Virus record (IMG/VR): IMGVR_UViG_2648501498_000009
Source: a virus
Taxonomy: Duplodnaviria > Heunggongvirae > Uroviricota > Caudoviricetes
DNA: 8,831 nucleotides
Direction: 5' to 3' (one strand)
Program-made: the position numbers and the translations under genes
Notes under the pieces: model-generated
What the model saw: the letters and a program-made list of their open reading frames with translations, nothing else
Told to the model about the DNA's origin: nothing
Database searches by the model: none
Shown: positions 1-6,419 of the stretch, piece by piece
Position numbering within the stretch: the stretch's first letter is position 1
How the letters are laid out: each line of letters opens with the position of its first letter

Positions 1-67
1 CGGAAACGATGATCTGGCAGCCTGAGTTCACAGATAAAACACTCTCCAGGAAACCCGGGGCGGTTCA
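1..67 (+). mobile_element. Right terminus of an IS3-family insertion sequence (IS629/IS3411-like), partial; the body lies left of the window
   Basis: Bases 2-25 read GGA AAC GAT GAT CTG GCA GCC TGA (…GNDDLAA-stop), which I recall as the end of an IS3-family orfB. The element ends …CCCGGGGCGGTTCA at 53-67, the complement of the TGAACCGCCCCGGG inverted-repeat start typical of this family. Lambda int homology begins abruptly at 68. Confidence 0.6.
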
Positions 68-176
68 ATCCGAACTCTTTACCCGTCCTTGGGTCCCTGT
101 AGCAGTAATATCCATTGTTTCTTATATAAAGGTTAGGGGGTAAATCCCGGCGCTCATGACTTCGCCTTCTTCCCAT
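68..176 (-). pseudogene. int: Integrase N-terminal fragment (lambda Int-like, about 36 codons) truncated by the IS insertion
   Basis: Minus-strand translation from the ATG at 176 gives MGRRRSHERRDLPPNLYIRNNGYYCYRDPRTGKEFGL, matching the lambda Int N-terminus as I recall it. It then runs into the IS terminus. The start overlaps the xis 3' end as in lambda. Confidence 0.75.
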
Positions 177-372
177 TTTTGATCCTCTTCAAAAGGCTAC
201 CTGTTACTGGTCGATTTAAGTCAATTTTTACCGCTGATTCGTGGAACAAATACTCTCTTCCATCCTTAACAGGAGGAGGGAATATCCTGCACTCGCGTAC
301 CCATCGACGAACTGTTTCAAGGCTTCTTGGGCGCCGCTGGCGTGCGTTCCACTCCTGAAGTGTCAAGTACAT
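154..372 (-). CDS. xis: Excisionase Xis (72 aa), lambda-type
   Basis: The 72-aa ORF MYLTLQEWNARQRRPRSLETVRRWVRECRIFPPPVKDGREYLFHESAVK… is near-identical to lambda Xis as I recall it. Position and overlap with the int start fit lambda. Confidence 0.9.
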   Translation of the reverse strand: MYLTLQEWNARQRRPRSLETVRRWVRECRIFPPPVKDGREYLFHESAVKIDLNRPVTGSLLKRIKNGKKAKS

Positions 373-384
373 CGCAAAGTCTCC

Positions 385-398
385 GCAATTACACGCAA
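385..398 (-). promoter_or_regulatory. TTGC-N6-TTGC motif (cII-type activator site), candidate pI-like promoter -35 region
   Basis: Plus strand reads GCAATTACACGCAA, i.e. TTGCGTGTAATTGC on the minus strand, 13-26 bp upstream of the xis ATG. This is the same architecture as lambda pI, where the cII-dependent transcript starts inside xis. Confidence 0.4.
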
Positions 399-422
399 GA
401 AAAAGCCGCCATCAGGCGGCTT
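396..422 (-). terminator. Intrinsic terminator on the minus strand, upstream of xis
   Basis: Hairpin GCCGCC-ATCA-GGCGGC (405-420) flanked by A/T pairs, followed on the minus strand by TTTTTCTTG. Confidence 0.5.
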
Positions 423-590
423 GGTGTTCTTTCAGTTCTTCAATTCGAATATTGGTTATGTCTGCATGTGCTATCTGCGCCCATATCATCCAGTGGTCAT
501 AGCAGTCATTGATGTTCTCTGCTTCGATAACTCTGTTGAATGGTTCTCCATTCCATTCACCTGTGACTCGGAAGTGCATTTATCATCTCC

Positions 591-617
591 ATAAAACAAA
601 ACTCGCCGTAGCGAGTT
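591..617 (-). terminator. Intrinsic terminator-like hairpin, minus strand
   Basis: Stem AACTCGC/GCGAGTT with loop CGTA (600-617), followed on the minus strand by TTTGTTTTAT. Confidence 0.4.
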
Positions 618-620
618 CAG

Positions 621-649
621 ATAAAAGAAATCCTCGTCAGTGCGAGGAT
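621..649 (-). terminator. Second tandem terminator-like hairpin, minus strand
   Basis: Stem ATCCTCG/CGAGGAT with loop TCAGTG (630-649), followed on the minus strand by TTCTTTTAT. Confidence 0.4.
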
Positions 650-821
650 GCTGTTCATTGCTGCTATACACTTTTTTGCTCTCAACGTAAGCGGTAGCTC
701 ATTCTGTTGGGTTGGTGCAGTTGCTTTTAGGAAATGCTATTTACCCCTTAAACGTCGGCTGAAAGAGCTAAAATCCATGCAAAAAATTTACGCAATTTTG
801 TGTATTATTGTGCAGTAAGTA

Positions 822-1424
822 ATGAGCTATTTTCTGCGCAAAAAATGGATGGTAAATTTGTCCGGGGCAGGAAAAATTTTATGGGCGCTAAACATGAAAA
901 AAGATTCGTATCCTTATTTGATTTGCATGACAGTTTCAGGCCTGATCTTTATTTTCCTTTTCTTCTGGTGGCGGGCAGATATTTACAGGGTCACGTTTCT
1001 TAATCAGAGTATATCCCACTATTACATTCTGTTTAGCATGGGAATAGCTTTTCTGTTATCTCTGTTTTGGGTTAAGAAGGGGATAGTAAAACAAAGCGGC
1101 TGGAAGAGTCTGTCAGCATACCTTAAGGTTTATGCAGGGATGTGCATATTTGCTGGATTTTTTCTGATTATACCCCTTACAACACTAACTTATTTTTTGC
1201 CTGGAGAGACATCGTCTTATGTTGCACCGTATCGGTATACTTCCGGTAGTTCAAAAAGTTGTTCTGGAGCTGAGGTGGATGACCCCGATCTACATGAGAA
1301 TATTCGCATTTGCTATCCGTATGGCAATTATGAGTACGATAATATTATCTATGTTGAAAAGAAAATTAATACATTAGGTGCGGTAGTAACATATGCACAG
1401 ACCGCGCGTGATGATACTGAATGA
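822..1424 (+). CDS. Hypothetical membrane protein (200 aa from first ATG; alternative starts at 849 or 894), 3 predicted TM helices plus a roughly 75-aa C-terminal soluble domain; cargo gene of unknown function
   Basis: Long ORF in a visibly AT-rich block, on the strand opposite the pL operon. Three hydrophobic segments (YLICMTVSGLIFIFLFFWW, YYILFSMGIAFLLSLFWV, VYAGMCIFAGFFLIIPLTTLTYFL). A hairpin lies downstream. I recognise no homolog. Confidence 0.6.
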   Translation: MSYFLRKKWMVNLSGAGKILWALNMKKDSYPYLICMTVSGLIFIFLFFWWRADIYRVTFLNQSISHYYILFSMGIAFLLSLFWVKKGIVKQSGWKSLSAYLKVYAGMCIFAGFFLIIPLTTLTYFLPGETSSYVAPYRYTSGSSKSCSGAEVDDPDLHENIRICYPYGNYEYDNIIYVEKKINTLGAVVTYAQTARDDTE

Positions 1425-1458
1425 GATAGTATATAGCGGGCAAGTTTTAGTTAATTTA

Positions 1459-1496
1459 TCGAGGTAATATAATTTACCTCGACTCGTTTATTCTGG
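1459..1496 (+). terminator. Candidate intrinsic terminator for the plus-strand membrane-protein gene
   Basis: Perfect 9-bp stem TCGAGGTAA/TTACCTCGA with loop TATAAT (1459-1482), followed by T-rich CTCGTTTATTCTGG. It sits in a convergent intergenic region. Confidence 0.45.
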
Positions 1497-1634
1497 TATT
1501 AATATTTCGCTTTACGATCGATTTTTATCTGATGATATCATGCGGTTTTCATATACTGACTTACTGTCTTTTCTCCGTTAGCGATTTTCTCCTGCTCAGC
1601 GATGATTTTATCTTTGGCTTCTAGTTAATTTCGC

Positions 1635-1856
1635 TCACTTCGAACCTCTCTGTTTACTGATAAGTTCCAGATCCTCCTGGCAACTTGCACAAGTCCGACA
1701 ACCCTGAACGGCCAAGCGTCTTCGTTCATCTATCGGATCGCCACACTCACAACAATGAGTGGCAGATATAGCCTGGTGGTTCAGGCGGCGCATTTTTATT
1801 GCTGTGTTGCGCTGTAATTCTTCAATTTCTGATGCTGAATCAATGATGTCTGCCAT
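1635..1856 (-). CDS. TraR/DksA-family C4 zinc-finger protein (73 aa), phage Orf73-like
   Basis: Same length as TraR (73 aa), with CxxC-x17-CxxC (CCECGDPIDERRRLAVQGCRTCASC) and the conserved N-terminal acidic region. I recall a lambda pL-operon TraR homolog called Orf73. Confidence 0.75.
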   Translation of the reverse strand: MADIIDSASEIEELQRNTAIKMRRLNHQAISATHCCECGDPIDERRRLAVQGCRTCASCQEDLELISKQRGSK

Positions 1857-1908
1857 CTTTCATTAATCCCTGAATTGTTGGTTAATACGCTTGAGGGTGA
1901 ATGCGAAT

Positions 1909-1932
1909 AATAAAAAAGGAGCCTGTAGCTCC
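1909..1932 (-). terminator. Weak terminator-like hairpin between the 93-aa ORF and the TraR-like gene
   Basis: 5-bp stem GGAGC/GCTCC with loop CTGTA (1918-1932), followed on the minus strand by TTTTTTATT. Confidence 0.3.
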
Positions 1933-1954
1933 ATGATGATTTTGTTTTTCATGC

Positions 1955-2236
1955 TCACCGTTCCTTAAAGACGCCGTTTAACATGCCGATCGCCAGGCTT
2001 AAATGAGTCGGTGTGAATCCCATCAGCGTTACCGTTTCGCGGTGCTTCTTCAGTACGCTACGGCAAATGTCATCGACGTTTTTATCCGGAAACTGCTGTC
2101 TGGCTTTTTTGATTTCAGAATTAGCCTGACGGGCAATACTGCGAAGGGCGTTTTCTTGCTGAGGTGTCATTGAACAAGTCCCATGTCGGCAAGCATAAGC
2201 ACACAGAATATGAAGCCCGCTGCCAGAAAAATGCAT
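1955..2236 (-). CDS. Hypothetical early-left protein (93 aa from the ATG at 2236; possible 71-aa form from the ATG at 2170)
   Basis: ORF in operon orientation between orf63 and the TraR-like gene. Neither candidate start has a convincing Shine-Dalgarno. It occupies the lambda orf61/ea slot but I cannot confirm identity. Confidence 0.45.
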   Translation of the reverse strand: MHFSGSGLHILCAYACRHGTCSMTPQQENALRSIARQANSEIKKARQQFPDKNVDDICRSVLKKHRETVTLMGFTPTHLSLAIGMLNGVFKER

Positions 2237-2246
2237 TCAGTGGTTG

Positions 2247-2438
2247 TCATACCTGGTCTCTCTCATCTGCTTCTGCTTTCGCCACCATCATTTCCAGCTT
2301 TTGTGAAAGGGATGCGGCTAACGTATGAAATTCTTCGTCTGTTTCTACTGGTATTGGCACAAACCTGACTCCAATTTGAGCGAGGCTATGTGCCATCTCG
2401 ATACTCGTTCTTAACTCAACGGGAGATGCTTTGTGCAT
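2247..2438 (-). CDS. orf63: Lambda Orf63-like protein (63 aa)
   Basis: [23 protein letters not shown]…AEADERDQV matches my recollection of lambda orf63 in length, sequence and position. Confidence 0.7.
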   Translation of the reverse strand: MHKASPVELRTSIEMAHSLAQIGVRFVPIPVETDEEFHTLAASLSQKLEMMVAKAEADERDQV

Positions 2439-2599
2439 ACAGCTCCCCGTTTATTATTTATCTCCTCAGCCAGCCGCTGTGCTTTCAGTGGATTTCGGAT
2501 AACAGAAAGGCCGGGAAATACCCAGCCTCGCTTCGTAACGGAGTAGACGAAAGTGATCGTGCCTACGCGGATATTATCGTGAGGATGTTTCATCGCCAT
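2411..2599 (-). CDS. orf60a: Lambda Orf60a-like protein (62 aa as called; 60 aa if started at 2593)
   Basis: …[56 protein letters not shown]… matches lambda orf60a as I recall it. It lies immediately downstream of exo. Confidence 0.7.
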   Translation of the reverse strand: MAMKHPHDNIRVGTITFVYSVTKRGWVFPGLSVIRNPLKAQRLAEEINNKRGAVCTKHLPLS

Positions 2600-3270
2600 T
2601 GCTCCCCAAATACAAAACCAATTTCAGCCAGTGCCTCGTCCATTTTTTCGATGAACTCCGGCACCATCTCGTCAAAACTCGCTATATACTTTTCATTCCG
2701 CTCAATCACGACATAATGCAGGCCTTCACGCTTCATACGCGGGTCATAGTTGGCAAAGTACCAGGCATCTTTTCGCGTCACCCACATGCTGTACTGCACC
2801 TGGGCCATGTAAGCCGACTTTATGGCCTCGAAACCACCGAGCCGGAATTTCATGAAATCCCGGGAGGTAAACGGGCATTTCAGCTCAAGGCCATTGCCGT
2901 CACTGCATAAACCATCGGGAGAGCAGGCGGTGCGCATACTTTCGTCGCGATAGATGATCGGGGATTCAATAACATTTACGCCGGAAGTGAACTCAAACAG
3001 GGTTCTGGCGTCGTTCTCGTACTGTTTTCCCCAGGCCAGCGCTTTAGCGTTAACTTCCGGAGCCACACCGGTGCAAACCTCAGCTAGCAGGGTGTGGAAG
3101 TAGGACATTTTCATGTCAGGCCACTTCTTTCCTGATCGGGGCTTTGCTATCACGTTGTGAACTTCTGAAGCGGTGATGACGCCGAGCCGTAATTTGTGCC
3201 ATGCATCATCCCCCTGTTCGACAGCTCTCACGTCGATCCCGGTACGCTGCAGGATAATGTCCGGTGTCAT
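2590..3270 (-). CDS. exo: Lambda exonuclease (Red-alpha), 226 aa
   Basis: Full-length match to lambda Exo ([65 protein letters not shown]…GFVFGEQWR). Its ATG overlaps the bet stop (ATGA). Confidence 0.95.
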   Translation of the reverse strand: MTPDIILQRTGIDVRAVEQGDDAWHKLRLGVITASEVHNVIAKPRSGKKWPDMKMSYFHTLLAEVCTGVAPEVNAKALAWGKQYENDARTLFEFTSGVNVIESPIIYRDESMRTACSPDGLCSDGNGLELKCPFTSRDFMKFRLGGFEAIKSAYMAQVQYSMWVTRKDAWYFANYDPRMKREGLHYVVIERNEKYIASFDEMVPEFIEKMDEALAEIGFVFGEQWR

Positions 3271-4052
3271 GCTGCCACCTTCTGCTCAGTGGCTTTCTGT
3301 TTCAGGAATCCAAGAGCTTTCACTGCTTCGGCCTGTGTCAGTTCTGACGATGCGCGAATGTCGCGGCGAAATATCAGGGAACAGAGCGGCAATAAGTCGT
3401 CATCCCATGTTTTATCCAGGGCGATCAGCAGAGTGTTAATCTCCTGCATGGTTTCATCGTTAACCGGAGTGATGTCGCGTTCCGGCTGACGTTCTGCAGT
3501 GTATGCAGTATTTTCGACAATGCGCTCGGCTTCATCCTTGTCATAGATACCAGCAAATCCGAAGGCCAGACGGGCACACTGAATCATGGCTTTATGCCGT
3601 AACATCCGTTTGGGATGCGACTGCCACGGTCCGGTGATTTCTCTGCCTTCGCGGGTTTTGAATGGTTCGCGGCGGCATTCATCCATCCACTCGGTAACGC
3701 AGATCGGATGATTGCGGTCTTTGCGGTAAATCCGGCATGTGCAGGATTCGTTGTCCTGTTCAAAGTCCATGCCGTCAAACTGCTGGTTTTCGTTGATGAT
3801 GCGGGACCAGCCATCAACGCCCACCACCGGAACGATGCCGTTCTGCTTATCAGGGAAGGCGTAAATTTCTTTCGTCCACGGATTAAGACCGTACTGGTTG
3901 GCGACGATCAGCAATGCGATGAACTGCGCATCGCTGGCATCACCTTTAAATGCCGTCTGGCGAAGAGTGGTGATCAGTTCCTGTGGGTCGACAGAATCCA
4001 TGCCGACTCGTTCAGCCAGCTTCCCAGCCAGCGTTGCGAGTGCTGTACTCAT
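3267..4052 (-). CDS. bet: Beta single-strand annealing protein (Red-beta), 261 aa
   Basis: Full-length match to lambda Bet ([66 protein letters not shown]…). Confidence 0.95.
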   Translation of the reverse strand: MSTALATLAGKLAERVGMDSVDPQELITTLRQTAFKGDASDAQFIALLIVANQYGLNPWTKEIYAFPDKQNGIVPVVGVDGWSRIINENQQFDGMDFEQDNESCTCRIYRKDRNHPICVTEWMDECRREPFKTREGREITGPWQSHPKRMLRHKAMIQCARLAFGFAGIYDKDEAERIVENTAYTAERQPERDITPVNDETMQEINTLLIALDKTWDDDLLPLCSLIFRRDIRASSELTQAEAVKALGFLKQKATEQKVAA

Positions 4053-4057
4053 CCGTT

Positions 4058-4474
4058 TTATACCTCTGAATCAATATCAACCTGGTGGTGAGCAATGGTT
4101 TCAACCATGTACCGGATGTGTTCTGCCATGCGCTCCTGAAACTCAACATCGTCATCAAACGCACGGGTAATGGCTTTTTTGCTGGCCCCGTGGCGTTGCA
4201 AATGATCGATGCATAGCGATTCAAACAGGTGCTGGGGCAGGCCTTTTTCCATGTCGTCTGCCAGTTCTGCCTCTTTCTCTTCACGGGCGATCTGCTGGTA
4301 GTGACGCGCCCAGCTCTGAGCCTCAAGACGATCCTGAATGTAATAAGCGTTCATGGCTGAACTCCTGAAATAGCTGTGAAAATATCGCCCGCGAAATGCC
4401 AGGCTGATTAGGAAAACAGGAAAGGGGGTTAGTGAATGCTTTTGCTTGATCTCAGTTTCAGCATTAATATCCAT
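4058..4474 (-). CDS. gam: Gam RecBCD inhibitor (138-aa long form)
   Basis: Match to lambda Gam (…[59 protein letters not shown]…VDIDSEV). It overlaps kil by 46 nt as in lambda. Confidence 0.95.
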   Translation of the reverse strand: MDINAETEIKQKHSLTPFPVFLISLAFRGRYFHSYFRSSAMNAYYIQDRLEAQSWARHYQQIAREEKEAELADDMEKGLPQHLFESLCIDHLQRHGASKKAITRAFDDDVEFQERMAEHIRYMVETIAHHQVDIDSEV

Positions 4475-4572
4475 TTTTTATAAGCGTCGACGGCTTCACG
4501 AAACATCTTTTCATCGCCAATAAAAGTGGCGATAGTGAATTTAGTCTGGATAGCCATAAGTGTTTGATCCAT
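4429..4572 (-). CDS. kil: Kil host-killing protein (FtsZ inhibitor), 47 aa
   Basis: Internal ATG at 4572 of the 89-aa ORF gives [47 protein letters not shown], matching lambda Kil. The 5' extension in the ORF track is rejected. Confidence 0.85.
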   Translation of the reverse strand: MDQTLMAIQTKFTIATFIGDEKMFREAVDAYKKWILMLKLRSSKSIH

Positions 4573-4705
4573 TCTTTGGGACTCCTGGCTGATTAAGTAT
4601 GTCGATAAGGCGTTTCCATCCGTCACGTAATTTACGGGTGATTCGTTCAAGTAAAGATTCGGAAGGGCAGCCAGCAACAGGCCACCCTGCAATGGCATAT
4701 TGCAT
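4541..4705 (-). CDS. cIII: cIII (FtsH protease inhibitor), 54 aa
   Basis: Internal ATG at 4705 gives [54 protein letters not shown], matching lambda cIII. It overlaps kil by 32 nt as in lambda. Confidence 0.9.
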   Translation of the reverse strand: MQYAIAGWPVAGCPSESLLERITRKLRDGWKRLIDILNQPGVPKNGSNTYGYPD

Positions 4706-4777
4706 GGTGTGCTCCTTATTTATACATAACGAAAAACGCCTCGAGTGAAGCGTTATTGGTATGCGGTAAAACCGCAC

Positions 4778-5146
4778 TCAGGCGGCCTTGATAGTCATAT
4801 CATCTGAATCAAATATTCCTGATGTATCGATATCGGTAATTCTTATTCCTTCGCTACCATCCATTGGAGGCCATCCTTCCTGACCATTTCCATCATTCCA
4901 GTCGAACTCACACACAACACCATATGCATTTAAGTCGCTTGAAATTGCTATAAGCAGAGCATGTTGCGCCAGCATGATTAATACAGCATTTAATACAGAG
5001 CCGTGTTTATTGAGTCGGTATTCAGAGTCTGACCAGAAATTATTAATCTGGTGAAGTTTTTCCTCTGTCATTACGTCATGGTCGATTTCAATTTCTATTG
5101 ATGCTTTCCAGTCGTAATCAATGATGTATTTTTTGATGTTTGACAT
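4778..5146 (-). CDS. ea10: Ea10-like early protein (122 aa)
   Basis: 122-aa ORF 72 nt downstream of cIII in operon orientation. Length and position match lambda ea10; the sequence is consistent with my recollection but I am less sure than for the Red genes. Confidence 0.7.
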   Translation of the reverse strand: MSNIKKYIIDYDWKASIEIEIDHDVMTEEKLHQINNFWSDSEYRLNKHGSVLNAVLIMLAQHALLIAISSDLNAYGVVCEFDWNDGNGQEGWPPMDGSEGIRITDIDTSGIFDSDDMTIKAA

Positions 5147-5162
5147 CTATTCATATCCTCAT

Positions 5163-5192
5163 AGATAAAAAATCGCCCTCACACTGGAGGGC
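5163..5192 (-). terminator. Intrinsic terminator upstream of ea10 (minus strand)
   Basis: Stem GCCCTC/GAGGGC with loop ACACTG (5175-5192), followed on the minus strand by ATTTTTTATCT. Confidence 0.45.
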
Positions 5193-5254
5193 AAAGAAGA
5201 TTTCCAATAATCAGAACAAGTCGGCTCCTGTTTAGTTACGAGCGACATTGCTCC

Positions 5255-5282
5255 GTGTATTCACTCGTTGGAATGAATACAC
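5255..5282. repeat. 9-bp perfect inverted repeat GTGTATTCA…TGAATACAC with 10-bp spacer
   Basis: Seen directly in an intergenic region between two terminators. It could be an operator-like protein site or an RNA hairpin. Confidence 0.4.
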
Positions 5283-5310
5283 AGTGCAGTGTTTATTCTG
5301 TTGTTAGTGC

Positions 5311-5337
5311 CAAAAATAAAGGCCGACTATGCGGCCT
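5311..5337 (-). terminator. Intrinsic terminator immediately downstream of the 149-aa membrane-protein gene
   Basis: Stem AGGCCG/CGGCCT with loop ACTATG (5320-5337), followed on the minus strand by TTATTTTTG. It starts 5 nt after the stop codon. Confidence 0.55.
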
Positions 5338-5341
5338 GAAA

Positions 5342-5791
5342 TTACTTAACCAATGATGCTGCATATTCGATAAGGTAAAGCTTTGGAGCCAGCAAAATTT
5401 CTAACCATGTCATATTGGTTACTACAGCAATAATAAAACTTACCCACAGAACAAAAACTGCAGCTAATGGTAAGATTAGAAAACTAATCTCACCGTTACT
5501 TTCCCAAATCATAGTCGGTTTGTATTTAGTCTTCCCCTTATCCCATGACCATCCTTCATCATCGAACTTACCAATTTCAACTTTTTGGTACTGTTTCTTC
5601 ATAAACCAGAAAACCAGCGGGATTGTTAAAATGGCTATTAATGTTTTAATCAGGCTATCAACCATATTCCATAGCAGCAACTGATGAACAACATCAGGAA
5701 TCTGTGCCTGGCTAAATGAGACAGCCGCGTCTATTCCATTACTGGCTTTTTGCAATAGTTCTATGAGAATCTTATTTGCCTGTTCTTCCAT
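5342..5791 (-). CDS. Hypothetical 2-TM membrane protein (149 aa) in the N-proximal sieB/ral accessory slot; possible superinfection-exclusion-type function
   Basis: AT-rich ORF with a good RBS (GGTGA, 5 nt before the ATG) placed right after the N stop. Two hydrophobic helices (LIKTLIAILTIPLVFWFM; ISFLILPLAAVFVLWVSFIIAVV). It has its own terminator. The function is inferred from position only. Confidence 0.6.
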   Translation of the reverse strand: MEEQANKILIELLQKASNGIDAAVSFSQAQIPDVVHQLLLWNMVDSLIKTLIAILTIPLVFWFMKKQYQKVEIGKFDDEGWSWDKGKTKYKPTMIWESNGEISFLILPLAAVFVLWVSFIIAVVTNMTWLEILLAPKLYLIEYAASLVK

Positions 5792-5799
5792 ATATCACC

Positions 5800-6099
5800 T
5801 CAAATAAGTGGTTTGCTGCCTAATTTCATTTTCTGGCGACCAACACAAGTCACACCCATTTCACTGCGTGGCTTGCTGTAGTAAATACGGTTCTGTTTAC
5901 GCTCGACTTCTTCTGCCTTCTGGCAGCGAAGGCTTCCGAGTGATGCTGCTTTATCTGCTCTGACGCAACCAGAGAGCTTTAGCGCAATCTTTCGCGCCAG
6001 TCGCTGCTCTTGCATTGCCTGTTCACGTTGAGCCTGTCTGCGTGCTCTGCGGCGATTTCTGGCGTTATCGTCAGCCAGATATGTAATGACTACTGTCAT
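5800..6099 (-). CDS. N-family transcription antitermination protein (99 aa)
   Basis: Strong GGAGG RBS. N-terminal arginine-rich motif (NARNRRRARRQAQREQ). The C-terminus KQNRIYYSKPRSEMGVTCVGRQKMKLGSKPLI resembles lambda N (…KNQRTWYSKPGERGITCSGRQKIKGKSIPLI). It is the first gene downstream of pL/nutL. Confidence 0.85.
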   Translation of the reverse strand: MTVVITYLADDNARNRRRARRQAQREQAMQEQRLARKIALKLSGCVRADKAASLGSLRCQKAEEVERKQNRIYYSKPRSEMGVTCVGRQKMKLGSKPLI

Positions 6100-6212
6100 G
6101 TTGACCTCCGATGATTGACTTTAGCGGTGACGTGACGGGGGGTGGGAGGTTAATTCCCTGATGCTGTCGCGCGGCTGCACTTCACATCACCCCAAAGCCA
6201 ACTACTCTTTGG

Positions 6213-6255
6213 TTCCCGCATTTCGGCGGGACAATCCCATCAATGTTAAAGAGCC
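6213..6255 (-). promoter_or_regulatory. nutL (boxA plus boxB)
   Basis: Minus strand reads GGCTCTTTAACA (boxA) then the hairpin TCCCGC-CGAAAT-GCGGGA (boxB). The boxB core is identical to the one in nutR at 7367-7384. Confidence 0.65.
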
Positions 6256-6289
6256 TGCCAATCTGTTCCGTTTGGCTACCAGCGTCCTG

Positions 6290-6335
6290 CTGATGACTTA
6301 AATTTAAGATTTCTTTAATTTGTGGTCAAGAGTGT
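6290..6335 (-). promoter_or_regulatory. pL promoter with oL operators (P22-type ATTTAAG…CTTAAAT sites)
   Basis: Minus-strand -35 TTGACC (6324-6329) and -10 TAAATT (6301-6306) at 17-bp spacing. An 18-bp operator ATTTAAGATTTCTTTAAT (6302-6319) overlaps it, with further TTAAG/CTTAA sites nearby. Confidence 0.5.
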
Positions 6336-6393
6336 TTTTGAAGAAAACTTAAATTTTATTGCAGGGCTTAAGTTTTGCTTTGATTTTTAAAGG

Positions 6394-6419
6394 AAAGAAA
6401 AAAGGGGCGAATGCCCCTT
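6394..6419 (-). terminator. Intrinsic terminator for the repressor gene
   Basis: Stem AAGGGGC/GCCCCTT with loop GAAT (6402-6419) followed on the minus strand by TTTTTTCTTT. The repressor stop codon lies inside the hairpin. Confidence 0.7.

Noticed and set aside
241-697. Plus- and minus-strand ORFs 241-594, 327-512, 486-671 and 509-697 (61-117 aa)
   Set aside because: They overlap xis in antisense or lie in the terminator-rich xis-upstream intergenic region. They have no RBS and no recognisable protein features, so they are most likely shadow ORFs.
800-1003. 67-aa ORF overlapping the 5' end of the membrane-protein gene in another frame
   Set aside because: It lies wholly inside the longer 200-aa ORF, which has coherent TM helices. 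The AGGA before the internal ATG at 881 would give only about 40 aa.
1917-1968. Plus-strand AGGAG followed by ATGATG, encoding an 11-aa hydrophobic peptide (MMILFFMLTVP)
   Set aside because: Too short to support. The same bases form the minus-strand hairpin/T-run, and it overlaps the 3' end of the 93-aa ORF. It could be a leader peptide, but there is no supporting evidence.
2183-4326. Antisense ORFs within the orf63–exo–bet–gam region (2183-2368, 2390-2716, 2599-2910, 3173-3439, 3196-3489, 3584-3817, 3615-4091, 3898-4170, 4012-4326)
   Set aside because: All lie opposite to, or out of frame with, genes that match lambda proteins along their full length. They are shadow ORFs.
4429-4777. Long 5' extensions of kil (89 aa) and cIII (78 aa) in the ORF track
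   Set aside because: The lambda proteins start at the internal ATGs (4572 and 4705). The extensions overlap neighbouring genes.
5415-5684. 89-aa plus-strand ORF inside the 149-aa membrane-protein gene
   Set aside because: Antisense to a gene with a strong RBS and a dedicated terminator. Long open frames are expected by chance on the opposite strand.
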